NCBI GenBank assembly: GCA_965230295.1
Contig: OZ246001.1
Location: 1,952,001 to 2,016,000 of the forward strand
Length of the DNA: 64,000 nucleotides
Reading direction: 5' to 3'
Origin: Marinicella sp.
GTDB lineage: Bacteria; Pseudomonadota; Gammaproteobacteria; Xanthomonadales; Marinicellaceae
Shown: piece by piece, positions 43,043 through 52,342 of the stretch
Position numbering within the stretch: position 1 is the first letter of the stretch
Layout of the letters: each line of letters begins with the position of its first letter
Position numbers and translations under genes: made by a program
The notes under the pieces: generated by a model
What the model saw: the letters and a program-made list of their open reading frames with translations, nothing else
The model's database searches: none
What the model was told of the DNA's origin: nothing

Positions 43043-43703
43043 CCCATTCACAGCTTGACTGATCAACAACAATGGGCTGCCCTTGCCACCATTTGTTTAA
43101 GCAGTTAAATAAAAATGATTGCAGCCGAGGTTGTGTTGACGGTTTTTCACAGGGCAGTAGAGGACAGGGGTCAAAGTGTTGATGCAGTTTTCTGATTGAT
43201 GAATTGGCCCATTCAGGGTGAAACTGAAAACCCAAAAGGTTCTTTTTCGCGGTAAACATCTGGTTTTGACAGACTTGTGATGTGGCCAGAACATCCATCA
43301 TTGAATTGGCCACTATTTCATCTTCATGCCATTGAGGTACCGAGAGTTCCTCAGAACCAAATGACACTGGATGCCAGCCTAACTCAGGTTTGATCATGGG
43401 TTTGACCTCACAGCCGAGGGCCACAGCCAGTAACTGTGCCCCCAAACAAATGCCCAGGATGGGTTTTTCTGCTGCCAGGAATTGTTTGATCAAAGCCAGT
43501 TCTGCAACCAGCCTAGGGTGATTGTTATTGGCTGACAGCGGGCCTCCCAAAAGCAGCAACGCAGCATAAGTTGAGGATGATTCTGGTAATGTGTCTGCAA
43601 AGCACCTGATGTCATATTTAAGTTTTGATTGCTGGGTCCAGTCCAGGATTCTACCTGGCCCTTCTGCTTGGTGATGTTGGATTATCAGCAGATCGACAGT
43701 CAT
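43026..43703 (-). CDS. Class I glutamine amidotransferase-like protein
   Basis: EGPG, LGGP, LGICLGAQL, QWHED, QFHPE triad motifs. Confidence 0.9.
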   Translation of the reverse strand: MTVDLLIIQHHQAEGPGRILDWTQQSKLKYDIRCFADTLPESSSTYAALLLLGGPLSANNNHPRLVAELALIKQFLAAEKPILGICLGAQLLAVALGCEVKPMIKPELGWHPVSFGSEELSVPQWHEDEIVANSMMDVLATSQVCQNQMFTAKKNLLGFQFHPEWANSSIRKLHQHFDPCPLLPCEKPSTQPRLQSFLFNCLNKWWQGQPIVVDQSSCEWVNPDG

Positions 43704-43704
43704 T

Positions 43705-44382
43705 TTATTCCCTCAATTCATTGATTTCTAAATACAGCTCGTTGATGGCGGAATGAGGCAATTCCAGTTCATCAGCCAATTGAGTTCGTGCCACAAAAAC
43801 CTCACCTGAATGGATGGTAAGCAGTCGTGGTAATGGTTTTGTGCTGCTGACCGACAGGATGTGATCCGCCGCCGGTTTGCTGTCAATTAAACGAACATAA
43901 TAATGTGTTTTGTCATGTTTGTTGGAACTGATCAATTGATAGGACAGCTGGGATTTTGGTGACAAACCTTGCAACGACTGGTTGATGATTATGCTTTGAA
44001 CTTGCATGATTAACCCTTTGGCATGCAGGGTACCTCCTCGCTCAAAATGACCTCGGTAAAGGTTCACCTTGACCTTGAATCCTGGTTCAGTGATCTGGTT
44101 CAAATCAAATGGCTCTGGAACCAGGCTGATGAGATCAGTTGCATTCATCCATTGTTCAACGGCCTCTTCATCTGTACCGATGAATTTAACGGCAGCAATC
44201 ACTTGTTGGTCATGAGGGTTGTGGAACAACGGCAGGTGTGAAATATACAGTTGATTGGCACCTCCAAATAATAGCATGCCATGGGTACCGTGTTTGCTTT
44301 GATTTTCAGGATGCTCGGCCCAAGAGATTGAGGCCATAAACACCCACATGAAAAATATCATTTTGGATGAATTCAACATCAT
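43705..44382 (-). CDS. Hypothetical secreted His-rich protein
   Basis: Start MMLNSSK overlaps the gdx stop (ATGA); signal peptide; HGTHGMLLFGG...SHLPLFHNPHD...YRGHFERGG. Confidence 0.75.
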   Translation of the reverse strand: MMLNSSKMIFFMWVFMASISWAEHPENQSKHGTHGMLLFGGANQLYISHLPLFHNPHDQQVIAAVKFIGTDEEAVEQWMNATDLISLVPEPFDLNQITEPGFKVKVNLYRGHFERGGTLHAKGLIMQVQSIIINQSLQGLSPKSQLSYQLISSNKHDKTHYYVRLIDSKPAADHILSVSSTKPLPRLLTIHSGEVFVARTQLADELELPHSAINELYLEINELRE

Positions 44383-44696
44383 TGAACCTCCGTTTGATTG
44401 AATAAGAAAATACCCGCAACAATCAGCATAACAGCGAACCATGATTGAGTTGATAAATGATTCTGAAAATATGTATGCTGGATCAAGGCCGTACCCACCA
44501 GGCCAGAACTGGTCCATACCGCATAAGCAAATGTCAAAGGGACTGTTCTGATGGCAATGGCCAGGAAGTAAAAGCTGGCGATCATGGTCAATACAACCCA
44601 TGACAACAGCAACAATTTAGATGGGGCTTCGGCGTAAACTTTTAACAGATTAACCCAAATGATTTCAAACAGGGATGACAGGATCAGGAATTTCAT
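44379..44696 (-). CDS. SMR-family transporter, probable guanidinium exporter Gdx/SugE
   Basis: 105 aa, four TMs, FEIIW (membrane Glu), AYAVWTSSG; follows a guanidine-II riboswitch. Confidence 0.85.
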   Translation of the reverse strand: MKFLILSSLFEIIWVNLLKVYAEAPSKLLLLSWVVLTMIASFYFLAIAIRTVPLTFAYAVWTSSGLVGTALIQHTYFQNHLSTQSWFAVMLIVAGIFLFNQTEVQ

Positions 44697-44723
44697 GGCT
44701 ACCTCGCAAAATATAAATAATGC

Positions 44724-44766
44724 GGGGCCGTCCCCATTTGAATAAGAGCGGTCAGGTCGTCCTGAC
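44724..44766 (-). promoter_or_regulatory. Guanidine-II (mini-ykkC) riboswitch
   Basis: Two ACGR-capped hairpins GTCAGG-ACGA-CCTGAC and GGGG-ACGG-CCCC with a 15-nt linker, 27 nt before the SMR start codon. Confidence 0.9.
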
Positions 44767-45035
44767 TTCTGTAGAGGCCGCCATTGTAATGGCAATCCAA
44801 ATCATTTTCAAGACTGGACCATTGTCCTGATTAATGAAAAGTTTAGATTGAATTAATGCATATATAACACAAATAAAATATACATATATGAAATAAAATA
44901 TTCACCCAAATAAAACAATAAATTAACTTGGCTTGACTATCATGGTACCCGTTCTGAGGACAAAACAAATAATCATTTCTTGGAACACACCCCCAACATT
45001 TGGTTGGGTTTTTTTAACTTATGAGAGAGTAAACC

Positions 45036-45494
45036 ATGAAAAATAAACTTAAAACCATCGCAGCCATTTCATCATTGTGTGTGGCCAGTGCATTCAGCCA
45101 AGCCATGGCCAAAGAACTGACAGAACAAGAAGATTTTGAGCTGGCATTGAAAGCATTGCCGGAAGTTGCTGATGATTTGGAAAATGGTCCGATGCAGAAA
45201 TCGACTGCGATCAAGATGAAGTGTTATGTTGATACCCCGGCCTATGACCTATATACCTACAACTACTGTGCCAGTGTCGGTGCTGCCCGTACCACCACAG
45301 CCGTGTTCAAGGTGGATAACGTGCCTGCGGGTTCCACCATCAATTGGACAAACAATAACTGCAGTTCTAATAACAGCCTTTGTTTTGTTCCTATCAGACA
45401 GTACCAAACCATCACGGTCAGTGCCACGGTGTTAAAGCCCAATGGGACATACTCCACTGTTTCAGCCACAGCTGAGTATGAAGGATTGTTTTGA
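45036..45494 (+). CDS. Hypothetical secreted Cys-containing protein
   Basis: Signal peptide; CYVDTPAYD motif; beta-rich C-terminus. Confidence 0.75.
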   Translation: MKNKLKTIAAISSLCVASAFSQAMAKELTEQEDFELALKALPEVADDLENGPMQKSTAIKMKCYVDTPAYDLYTYNYCASVGAARTTTAVFKVDNVPAGSTINWTNNNCSSNNSLCFVPIRQYQTITVSATVLKPNGTYSTVSATAEYEGLF

Positions 45495-45653
45495 TGGTAT
45501 TGTAAATACTGCGACCCAAAAAGACGTTGCCTGGTGCAGCGTCTTTAATTGCTTTATTGCAACTGATTTGTTGTTGGCCTATTTGCCAATGGCTTACAAA
45601 GGTGCTCTATCAGCGGGTGCTCAAAATCAGAACCACCCTTTGAGGCTGATAAA

Positions 45654-46166
45654 TCAGCGGCGTTTAAACACCAGTTTTTCTTCTTTTATGCTTTGGTCAT
45701 TCATGCGCATGGCCAAGTAGGCATGCATTTCTTCGTCACTGATTTTGTAAAAGCTCAAACCGGAAAAATGAATGGCGTTTTCGGTAATTGACACCAGTTT
45801 AAAGTTGATGTGTTCTTCTTTGGTTTCCCAACTGACAAAATCAGCTGAGAAGTGCTTGACCAGTAGAGACAAACTGTTTTCCTGTTCAACAATCAACATC
45901 AACTCGTAAAAACTCACGCCTTTTTCTTCATCGAACAATTTAAACATACCCACCATAGAACCTGCGCTGGCAGGATTCCAGACTTCTTCAAATTGCTGGC
46001 CAAAAGCTGTACCAACCCAGGAACCAGTCAGCCATTGAACTTGGTCTATGGTGGCAGCAGGTCTGTTTTCAGGGTCGTCTAAGTGAAAGGTGTGTTCGGT
46101 TTTCTGTTGCTGTCCATAAGTCAAAGCAGACCACGTTAACAACAATAAACAAGTAATGATTTTCAT
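45654..46166 (-). CDS. DUF6265-like secreted protein
   Basis: WLTGSWVG, EEVW, SMVGMF, FYELM, KHF. Confidence 0.75.
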   Translation of the reverse strand: MKIITCLLLLTWSALTYGQQQKTEHTFHLDDPENRPAATIDQVQWLTGSWVGTAFGQQFEEVWNPASAGSMVGMFKLFDEEKGVSFYELMLIVEQENSLSLLVKHFSADFVSWETKEEHINFKLVSITENAIHFSGLSFYKISDEEMHAYLAMRMNDQSIKEEKLVFKRR

Positions 46167-46271
46167 GATGTATCTCCAATTTCAATACATTTTAAACGAA
46201 CAACAACCGTGGAATTCGACAGCTTGTTGATGGATTCAAGATAATTTGTTGTGATCAGGTGTAATAACAAA

Positions 46272-46627
46272 AAAGAATGTTCTTGGGGCTCCATTCTGGT
46301 TCATGGTCTGACAGGTCTTCATATTTGCTGCGCAAATAAACCGACCTTTACAGACTATTGTCTGAGCAGTTGCTTCGCACTGCATGTCTGTTCCAGACAA
46401 AAGTGAAAACGACCACGGCGAACATGACTTGCTACCTCGCGCTCTTCGCCTCTGATTGGCCTACATGGATGTAGGTCTGCCGCGATAGCTAGGAGCGATA
46501 GCGGCCGCAACATCAATAGCTCACGGCTAATCAATCATTACATCAAGGCTTATTGACTTCGTCAAACCGCCATGATTGCATGATTTGCCTAACCGGCACG
46601 GCGGGTCAAGCTGCTCAGCAGCTTTCC
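46272..46627. repeat. Modular MITE-like repeat, copy D (356 nt)
   Basis: Same ends as copies A-C; carries the 92-nt module plus about 120 extra nt at 46448-46590. Confidence 0.92.
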
Positions 46628-46741
46628 AAAGGTATCCAATGAAAGGTTGAAATTTTCAACACAATGCATTCTTTGAGTTCGCATTATCAAAGTGTCATTA
46701 AGGGGCTTAATGGCCCCTTGAACTCACAAATAATTTCTTAT

Positions 46742-47944
46742 TTATTCAAACCCATCTTCGAAGATGGTGTCATTGGCCGGTGATCGGAAGGCTGCAATGA
46801 TAGGAGCAGTCAAATCCAAACTACGGGCATTGTCTCTTGAACCATCTATGCCCGAATCTAATCCATTGAATTGAACATCTGGATTTGAGAAATACTGTCT
46901 TCTCGTACATCCGCTTGCACATTGGGCCGAATAAGACATGACCGTTCGATATGACCCATTGTGGTAATGACCAAAAGACCATGGGTAGGAAGCAGATGCA
47001 GGTGTGCCGCCTACACTGGAATCCTCTGGATTGTGTTCTAAGCCCATGTTATGACCAAACTCATGAGCAAATGACAAGTTACCGACAGCGCAACTGCGCT
47101 TTGTAACCTGGAATGCCGAGCCAGAAAAACCGGGACCTGGACTCCTCATCACATATCCACGTCCACAACCACTCATAGAATTGACTAACAAAGAAACCAT
47201 ATCCGCACCGTAAGCTGTTCTTAAAGTTGCCACTGTACTGTCTGATCTAACCCAAGATAAATCAGCAGAAGAATCTCCGGTGTCATCATAGTCAATCAAA
47301 CCGGTATAAGTCATGGTACCTTCTGCATCTACGCCGCTGTTGGTAAAAGACAAATTCATTGCATCAACGGCAGCTTGAGCAGTGGCTTCAATGGCAGAAA
47401 CACCGCCAGCGGCGTCTCTGGCTTGAGGTGTATAAAGGACCATGACATCAAATTCAACGGTACCACCGAGCTGAACCGGTAAGTCTGAATCGGCATGCGT
47501 GCTGGTTGGTGCGGAATCATCACCTGCACAACCTGGAAATTCTTCCAAAGCCAATTCAGCTATGCGCATGGTGTTTCTGGCCGGTGATGTGAATTCAAAC
47601 ACGCCTGATTTGGTATATAAAGAACCTGCATAATAGCCATTCACAGAACTGATGATGAGTTGCTCTTGTGGCTGGCCTTTTAAGTGGCCTTGCCAGCTGA
47701 ATCGGTTTTTATTATGAAACTTCAGTTTCTCAAAAACCACCGAGGTGTTGATGCCATTGGGTAATTGGATATCAAATTGGCTGGTTTTGTTCAGTAGCAT
47801 TTCATGGTTCACCTTGACCAGCATGGCTGATCGCTCGGTCTGTTCAAGCTGTAAATGGTTGACCATGTCAATGGATCGAAATAAATTCTTTGCCGACACC
47901 CATTGTGTCGTGAATAGAATAACGGTCAGTGTTAAAAATTTCAT
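46742..47944 (-). CDS. Secreted metzincin metallopeptidase (M12/reprolysin-like)
   Basis: HEFGHNMGLEH zinc motif, TVMSY Met-turn, FSNP; ends NDTIFEDGFE. Confidence 0.9.
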   Translation of the reverse strand: MKFLTLTVILFTTQWVSAKNLFRSIDMVNHLQLEQTERSAMLVKVNHEMLLNKTSQFDIQLPNGINTSVVFEKLKFHNKNRFSWQGHLKGQPQEQLIISSVNGYYAGSLYTKSGVFEFTSPARNTMRIAELALEEFPGCAGDDSAPTSTHADSDLPVQLGGTVEFDVMVLYTPQARDAAGGVSAIEATAQAAVDAMNLSFTNSGVDAEGTMTYTGLIDYDDTGDSSADLSWVRSDSTVATLRTAYGADMVSLLVNSMSGCGRGYVMRSPGPGFSGSAFQVTKRSCAVGNLSFAHEFGHNMGLEHNPEDSSVGGTPASASYPWSFGHYHNGSYRTVMSYSAQCASGCTRRQYFSNPDVQFNGLDSGIDGSRDNARSLDLTAPIIAAFRSPANDTIFEDGFE

Positions 47945-48237
47945 GTATTTTCCCCGTATAAATGCTGAATTGTCATACCAGCCATGTTGTTACTGTCATA
48001 TATATTAACTACTGGTAGGGCTTATGTCTTTTTTGAAGAGGAATATTTGCTGTCTTTCTGTTAGATTGTGAGGTATTTCTCAATTTCCAGCCCCATCCAG
48101 TTGATTATTGTAAATTGCTGTCATTAATTTCAAGTTTATACTTTTTCGATTAAATCGCAACACATACAGCACGCATGACTTGAAAAACGATTATTGATTG
48201 GTTACAGTGCATTTTAATAATCACAAGGATTTTTTTC

Positions 48238-49389
48238 ATGGAACAGAATCAGTTCAAAGTCATTTATACCGGTCAAGTAAAAGATGGGTTTGATGCAGCT
48301 GAAGTCAGTCAGGCTTTTGCCAAAAAATTCAAACTGCCACTGTCTAAGGCCACAAAAATCATCCAGGCGGGAAGGGAAGTGACCATCAAAGCCCGCGCAG
48401 AACATGTCAAAGCCTATCAATTAAAATCACTGCTTGAATCATTGGGAATGATCGTTCGCTTGGAACGTGCTCCGATTCAGGCACCCAAAGTAAAACCAGA
48501 ATCAACAGCGACTGATACCAAAGTAATGAACACCGAAACAGGGCAATCCGGTGCTTGGAGCCTTGAGCCCATGGAATCAGAAAAGGCTGAAGATGATGTC
48601 GAAACTGAAGAGGGCCAATTGAGCAAAAACCAAGCAGGACAAGAGCAGGTTGAAAAACCGGCTTTTACTGATTTAAGCAGACCAACTGTGGTGCTGGAAA
48701 AGCCAGCAGAAAATAAATCACCAGAGCCCAAGTTTACAAAAGACGATAAACCAGAATCTGTTCAACGAGACAACAGTACTTCCTTGATGTCTCTGCTCAG
48801 GGGTGCCGGTGCTTGGGTATTTGCCGGATTGGGTATTTTGATTATTTTAGTCAAGAAATTTGGTTTGTTTAAACTGCTGAAACTGGGTGGGTTAGCAACT
48901 GCTGCAGCCTTTGCGGGTTATCAACCGGATGAGATTTGTATGGGAAATGAGCGCTGTGAAGCCGCTGTTGAAGATCAAATCGATGACTGTTGGGAAAGGG
49001 CCGGTCTTGATGATTACGACATCGATGCCATGTCAGATGAAGACTATTTTGCTTTGAAACCAAAACTGGAAGAAGATTTTGTGGCTTGTTTTCGTTATGA
49101 AGACAATGATGAAAGGGTGTTCCTGTCGCCATTGGATCTGCGGCTTGATTTGATTGATAATTGTACATTTACTGAAAATGCACAATGTGAATCCCTGGCA
49201 GAGGGTCAGTTAAAAGCATGTTATGACCGACATCAAATTGGCTACCTGGTTTCCGCAAGTACCACCGATTTTTACCAGGAAGTTGCTGATCATGCTTCAG
49301 TATTTAAGTCATATTATGGCTGTTATAAAGATGAATCTGGCGAAGTATTGTTCAGTGATGTGTTGGCCGGCTGGGATGAACTGTATTGA
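48238..49389 (+). CDS. Hypothetical membrane protein with duplicated Cys-rich C-terminal domain
   Basis: N-terminal globular domain, acidic linker, TM, two 4-Cys repeats. Confidence 0.75.
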   Translation: MEQNQFKVIYTGQVKDGFDAAEVSQAFAKKFKLPLSKATKIIQAGREVTIKARAEHVKAYQLKSLLESLGMIVRLERAPIQAPKVKPESTATDTKVMNTETGQSGAWSLEPMESEKAEDDVETEEGQLSKNQAGQEQVEKPAFTDLSRPTVVLEKPAENKSPEPKFTKDDKPESVQRDNSTSLMSLLRGAGAWVFAGLGILIILVKKFGLFKLLKLGGLATAAAFAGYQPDEICMGNERCEAAVEDQIDDCWERAGLDDYDIDAMSDEDYFALKPKLEEDFVACFRYEDNDERVFLSPLDLRLDLIDNCTFTENAQCESLAEGQLKACYDRHQIGYLVSASTTDFYQEVADHASVFKSYYGCYKDESGEVLFSDVLAGWDELY

Positions 49390-49441
49390 ATAAGTCATGC
49401 GCATAGGCTAAATTGATTCAATTGAACCTTTAGTTTTAATC

Positions 49442-50269
49442 ATGACGGAATTAACCAATAAAACCATATTCATCACCGGCTCAAGCCGCGGGATCGGTCG
49501 TGAAATTGCCTTGTTGTGTGCCAAACAAGGTGCCAATGTGGTGATCGCGGCAAAATCATCAGAACCACACCCCAAATTACCAGGTACCATTCACACTGTA
49601 GCTGCTGAAGTGGAAGCGGCAGGAGGCCGTGCCTTGCCCATTCAATTGGATGTACGAGATGAGGCAGTGGTTAATCAAGCCATGCAACAGGCTGCAGATT
49701 ATTTTGGTGGTATAGATGTGTTGGTCAACAATGCCAGTGCCATTTCATTGACGTCATTACAGGATACCGATGTCAAACGATTTGATTTGATTCATGCGAT
49801 CAACACCCGTGGGACTTTGGTTTGCTCTAAAGCCGCCATTCCATTGCTCAAACGATCAGACAATCCGCACATCATCACCTTGTCGCCGCCACTGAACATG
49901 GCCAAGCACTGGCTGAAACCGTTCATTCCATACACCTTATCAAAATATGGCATGACCTTATTGACCTTGGGGCTGGCAGAAGAACTCAGGGATGATGGCA
50001 TATCTGCCAGCACCCTCTGGCCCCAAACAGCCATCGCCACAGCTGCTGTCCAATATGCTTTAGACCCAAAAATGATGAAACAATCACGCACACCACTGAT
50101 CATGGCCGAGGCGGCATTGGCGATTATACAGACTGACGATTTATCGTTTTCAGGTCAGACCTTGGTTGATGAAAGTCTGCTCAGGAGTCAAGGTGTGACT
50201 GATTTTGAAGTCTATAAAAATGACCCTGATACAGATAAGTTGATGCGAGACTTATACCTGGATGAATGA
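49442..50269 (+). CDS. SDR-family oxidoreductase (HSDL2-like)
   Basis: TGSSRGIG, PHPKLPGTI, NNAS, YTLSK. Confidence 0.92.
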   Translation: MTELTNKTIFITGSSRGIGREIALLCAKQGANVVIAAKSSEPHPKLPGTIHTVAAEVEAAGGRALPIQLDVRDEAVVNQAMQQAADYFGGIDVLVNNASAISLTSLQDTDVKRFDLIHAINTRGTLVCSKAAIPLLKRSDNPHIITLSPPLNMAKHWLKPFIPYTLSKYGMTLLTLGLAEELRDDGISASTLWPQTAIATAAVQYALDPKMMKQSRTPLIMAEAALAIIQTDDLSFSGQTLVDESLLRSQGVTDFEVYKNDPDTDKLMRDLYLDE

Positions 50270-50581
50270 TGTTAAGTAATGGAATTATGATCGGTTTTGA
50301 ACAGATTATTAACACCATTGTCACCGGCATGTTCTATAATGTTTGAATTCAGGCGTTGTCACACCATACGTTGAATAAGTGAATCCAGGGCTTTATGCAC
50401 ATGTATTGAGCTCTGGTAATGAATGATCAAAATGCATACAGCTGCTGTTCTGAACCACTTTTTACTTCAATTTTATTTGTTGTATAAATTCCTGACAAAG
50501 TTAATGATTGCCTACATCGAAACGGTGAATTCGATGGCAGGAAAGATTTTATATTCACCAAATTTTTGAAGATTATTATTT

Positions 50582-50788
50582 ATGAGTAAAGGTACAGTAA
50601 AGTGGTTCAATGCGGACAAAGGATATGGGTTCATTACCCCGGAAGATGGTGGCAAAGATTTGTTTGTGCATCATTCTGAGATTCAAAGTGGTGGCGGATT
50701 TGCCACTTTAAATGATGGACAAGCTGTTGAGTTTGAAGTTGGTGAAGGCCAAAAAGGTCCTTGTGCCACGCAGGTGGTTCCACAATAA
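50582..50788 (+). CDS. Cold-shock protein (CspA family)
   Basis: [14 protein letters not shown] (RNP1), LFVHHS (RNP2). Confidence 0.97.
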   Translation: MSKGTVKWFNADKGYGFITPEDGGKDLFVHHSEIQSGGGFATLNDGQAVEFEVGEGQKGPCATQVVPQ

Positions 50789-50811
50789 AAAGGCACCTCA
50801 ATTAAATCCAG

Positions 50812-50838
50812 AAAGCCGACTTCAAGTCGGCTTTTTTT
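50812..50838 (+). terminator. Intrinsic terminator after the cold-shock gene
   Basis: AAAGCCGAC-TTCAA-GTCGGCTTTTTTT. Confidence 0.9.
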
Positions 50839-50875
50839 ATGCATTGGAATAATGTCAGTCCGGGGTTACAATTGA

Positions 50876-51397
50876 ATGATGCCAGAAACTGAACTCAGAT
50901 CAGCCACAGCTTCAGACTTTAATGACATCCTGGAATTGAATGCCGCAGAAGTGAAATGGACCAGTCCGTTAGAACGACGTCGTTTGGCACAACTACATGC
51001 TTGGTCAACCCACCATAAGTTGATTACAGTCGATGACCGGGTTGCTGCCTTTCTATTGGTGATGCCTGATAACACAAGCTATGACAGTCTCAATTACCTG
51101 TGGTTTAAGCAAAATTATGCAGGTTTTATGTATGTCGACCGCATCGTGGTGAATGCTGACTTTGCGGGTCAAAAATTGGGCAGTTTGCTTTATCAGGACT
51201 TGTTTTCAACAGCCAAAAATAAAGGCATCAAATTGATTACATGTGAATACAACCTTCAACCCATGAATAAGCCATCAGAATTATTTCACCAACGTTTTGG
51301 TTTTCAGCAAGTGGATACCCAGTGGTTGGAAAATAATGCCAAACAGGTCAGTTTACAAGTGGCGGATGTGGAAGCTTACATACAGAGGAAATCATGA
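50876..51397 (+). CDS. GNAT-family acetyltransferase
   Basis: YVDRIVV...GQKLGSLLY, CEYN, FHQRFGF. Confidence 0.88.
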   Translation: MMPETELRSATASDFNDILELNAAEVKWTSPLERRRLAQLHAWSTHHKLITVDDRVAAFLLVMPDNTSYDSLNYLWFKQNYAGFMYVDRIVVNADFAGQKLGSLLYQDLFSTAKNKGIKLITCEYNLQPMNKPSELFHQRFGFQQVDTQWLENNAKQVSLQVADVEAYIQRKS

Positions 51398-51798
51398 TAA
51401 ATAAACTGTTTGTGACCTTTTTATTTGTGGTTGGCGTGATCAATTTCTTACCGGTCATTGGTGTATTTTCAGCCAATCAATTGGCTGCTGCATATGGTGT
51501 TGATTTGAACAGTCATGAATTGATCATATTAATGCGTCACCGTGCTTTGTTATTTGGTTTATTGGGCGGGTTGGTCTTTTGGTCTTTGTTTAACAGGCCA
51601 TTGCGATTACCAGCCATGATTTTTTCAGGCATTTCTATGGTGGGATTTCTGGTTTTGGCCTGGCCCATGGCTGAGTTGAATGAACCAGTCTTTAGGGTGT
51701 TCTTGGTTGATGTGGTGGGGATCATCTGTTTGGCCATTGCCGTGCTATTAAAATGGCTGGCAAATAATGATACTGAACGGAGTTCGGGTGAACTTTGA
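51394..51798 (+). CDS. Hypothetical membrane protein
   Basis: Four TMs, YGV...ILMRHRALLFG. Confidence 0.75.
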   Translation: MINKLFVTFLFVVGVINFLPVIGVFSANQLAAAYGVDLNSHELIILMRHRALLFGLLGGLVFWSLFNRPLRLPAMIFSGISMVGFLVLAWPMAELNEPVFRVFLVDVVGIICLAIAVLLKWLANNDTERSSGEL

Positions 51799-52336
51799 AG
51801 GTTTTGAAGTCTTAACCAACCGTTTACTGCTCAGGCCTGTTTGTGAGACTGATCTCGACGACTTGTATGGCATCTATACTGACATTGACGTCATGCAGTA
51901 TTGGAGTGAGCCACCTTTAAAAAGCTTGCAGCAAATGGCCGATAAAGTTAAAAAAGTTCAGGCCGCTCAATCCCAGGGTAGCGCATTGATGGTGGCTGTC
52001 GTTTTACTCAAAACCAAGCAAACCATAGGGCACATCAGTTTGTTCAACATCCATGAAGTTTCGGGCAGGGCAGAAGTGGGGTATCTGTTGCACAAAGACC
52101 ATTGGCAAAAAGGTTTCATGAGTGAAGCCTTAAAAAGCTTTATTGTGGTTTGTTTTAACTCTTTGGGATTGCGACGTCTGGAAGCGGATATTGACCCTGC
52201 AAACGCTGCATCAACTGCATTGATCCGCCGCATGGGGTTTGTTCAAGAAGGGTTGTTCAAATCAAGGTGGGTGGTGGCTGGCCAAATCACTGACAGTGCC
52301 ATGTATGGTTTACTTAAAGATGATTTTAAGCCCTGA
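51767..52336 (+). CDS. GNAT acetyltransferase, RimJ/RimL-like
   Basis: TNRLLLRP, AEVGY, WQKGFMSEA, NAAS, GFVQEG. Confidence 0.9.
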   Translation: MILNGVRVNFEGFEVLTNRLLLRPVCETDLDDLYGIYTDIDVMQYWSEPPLKSLQQMADKVKKVQAAQSQGSALMVAVVLLKTKQTIGHISLFNIHEVSGRAEVGYLLHKDHWQKGFMSEALKSFIVVCFNSLGLRRLEADIDPANAASTALIRRMGFVQEGLFKSRWVVAGQITDSAMYGLLKDDFKP

Positions 52337-52342
52337 AACAAC

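Noticed and set aside
44379-44795. Extended N-termini given by the ORF track for the SMR gene (44795) and the next gene (44601)
   Set aside because: The extensions run through the riboswitch or the upstream gene. Starts at 44696 and 44382 fit the SD and the ATGA coupling.
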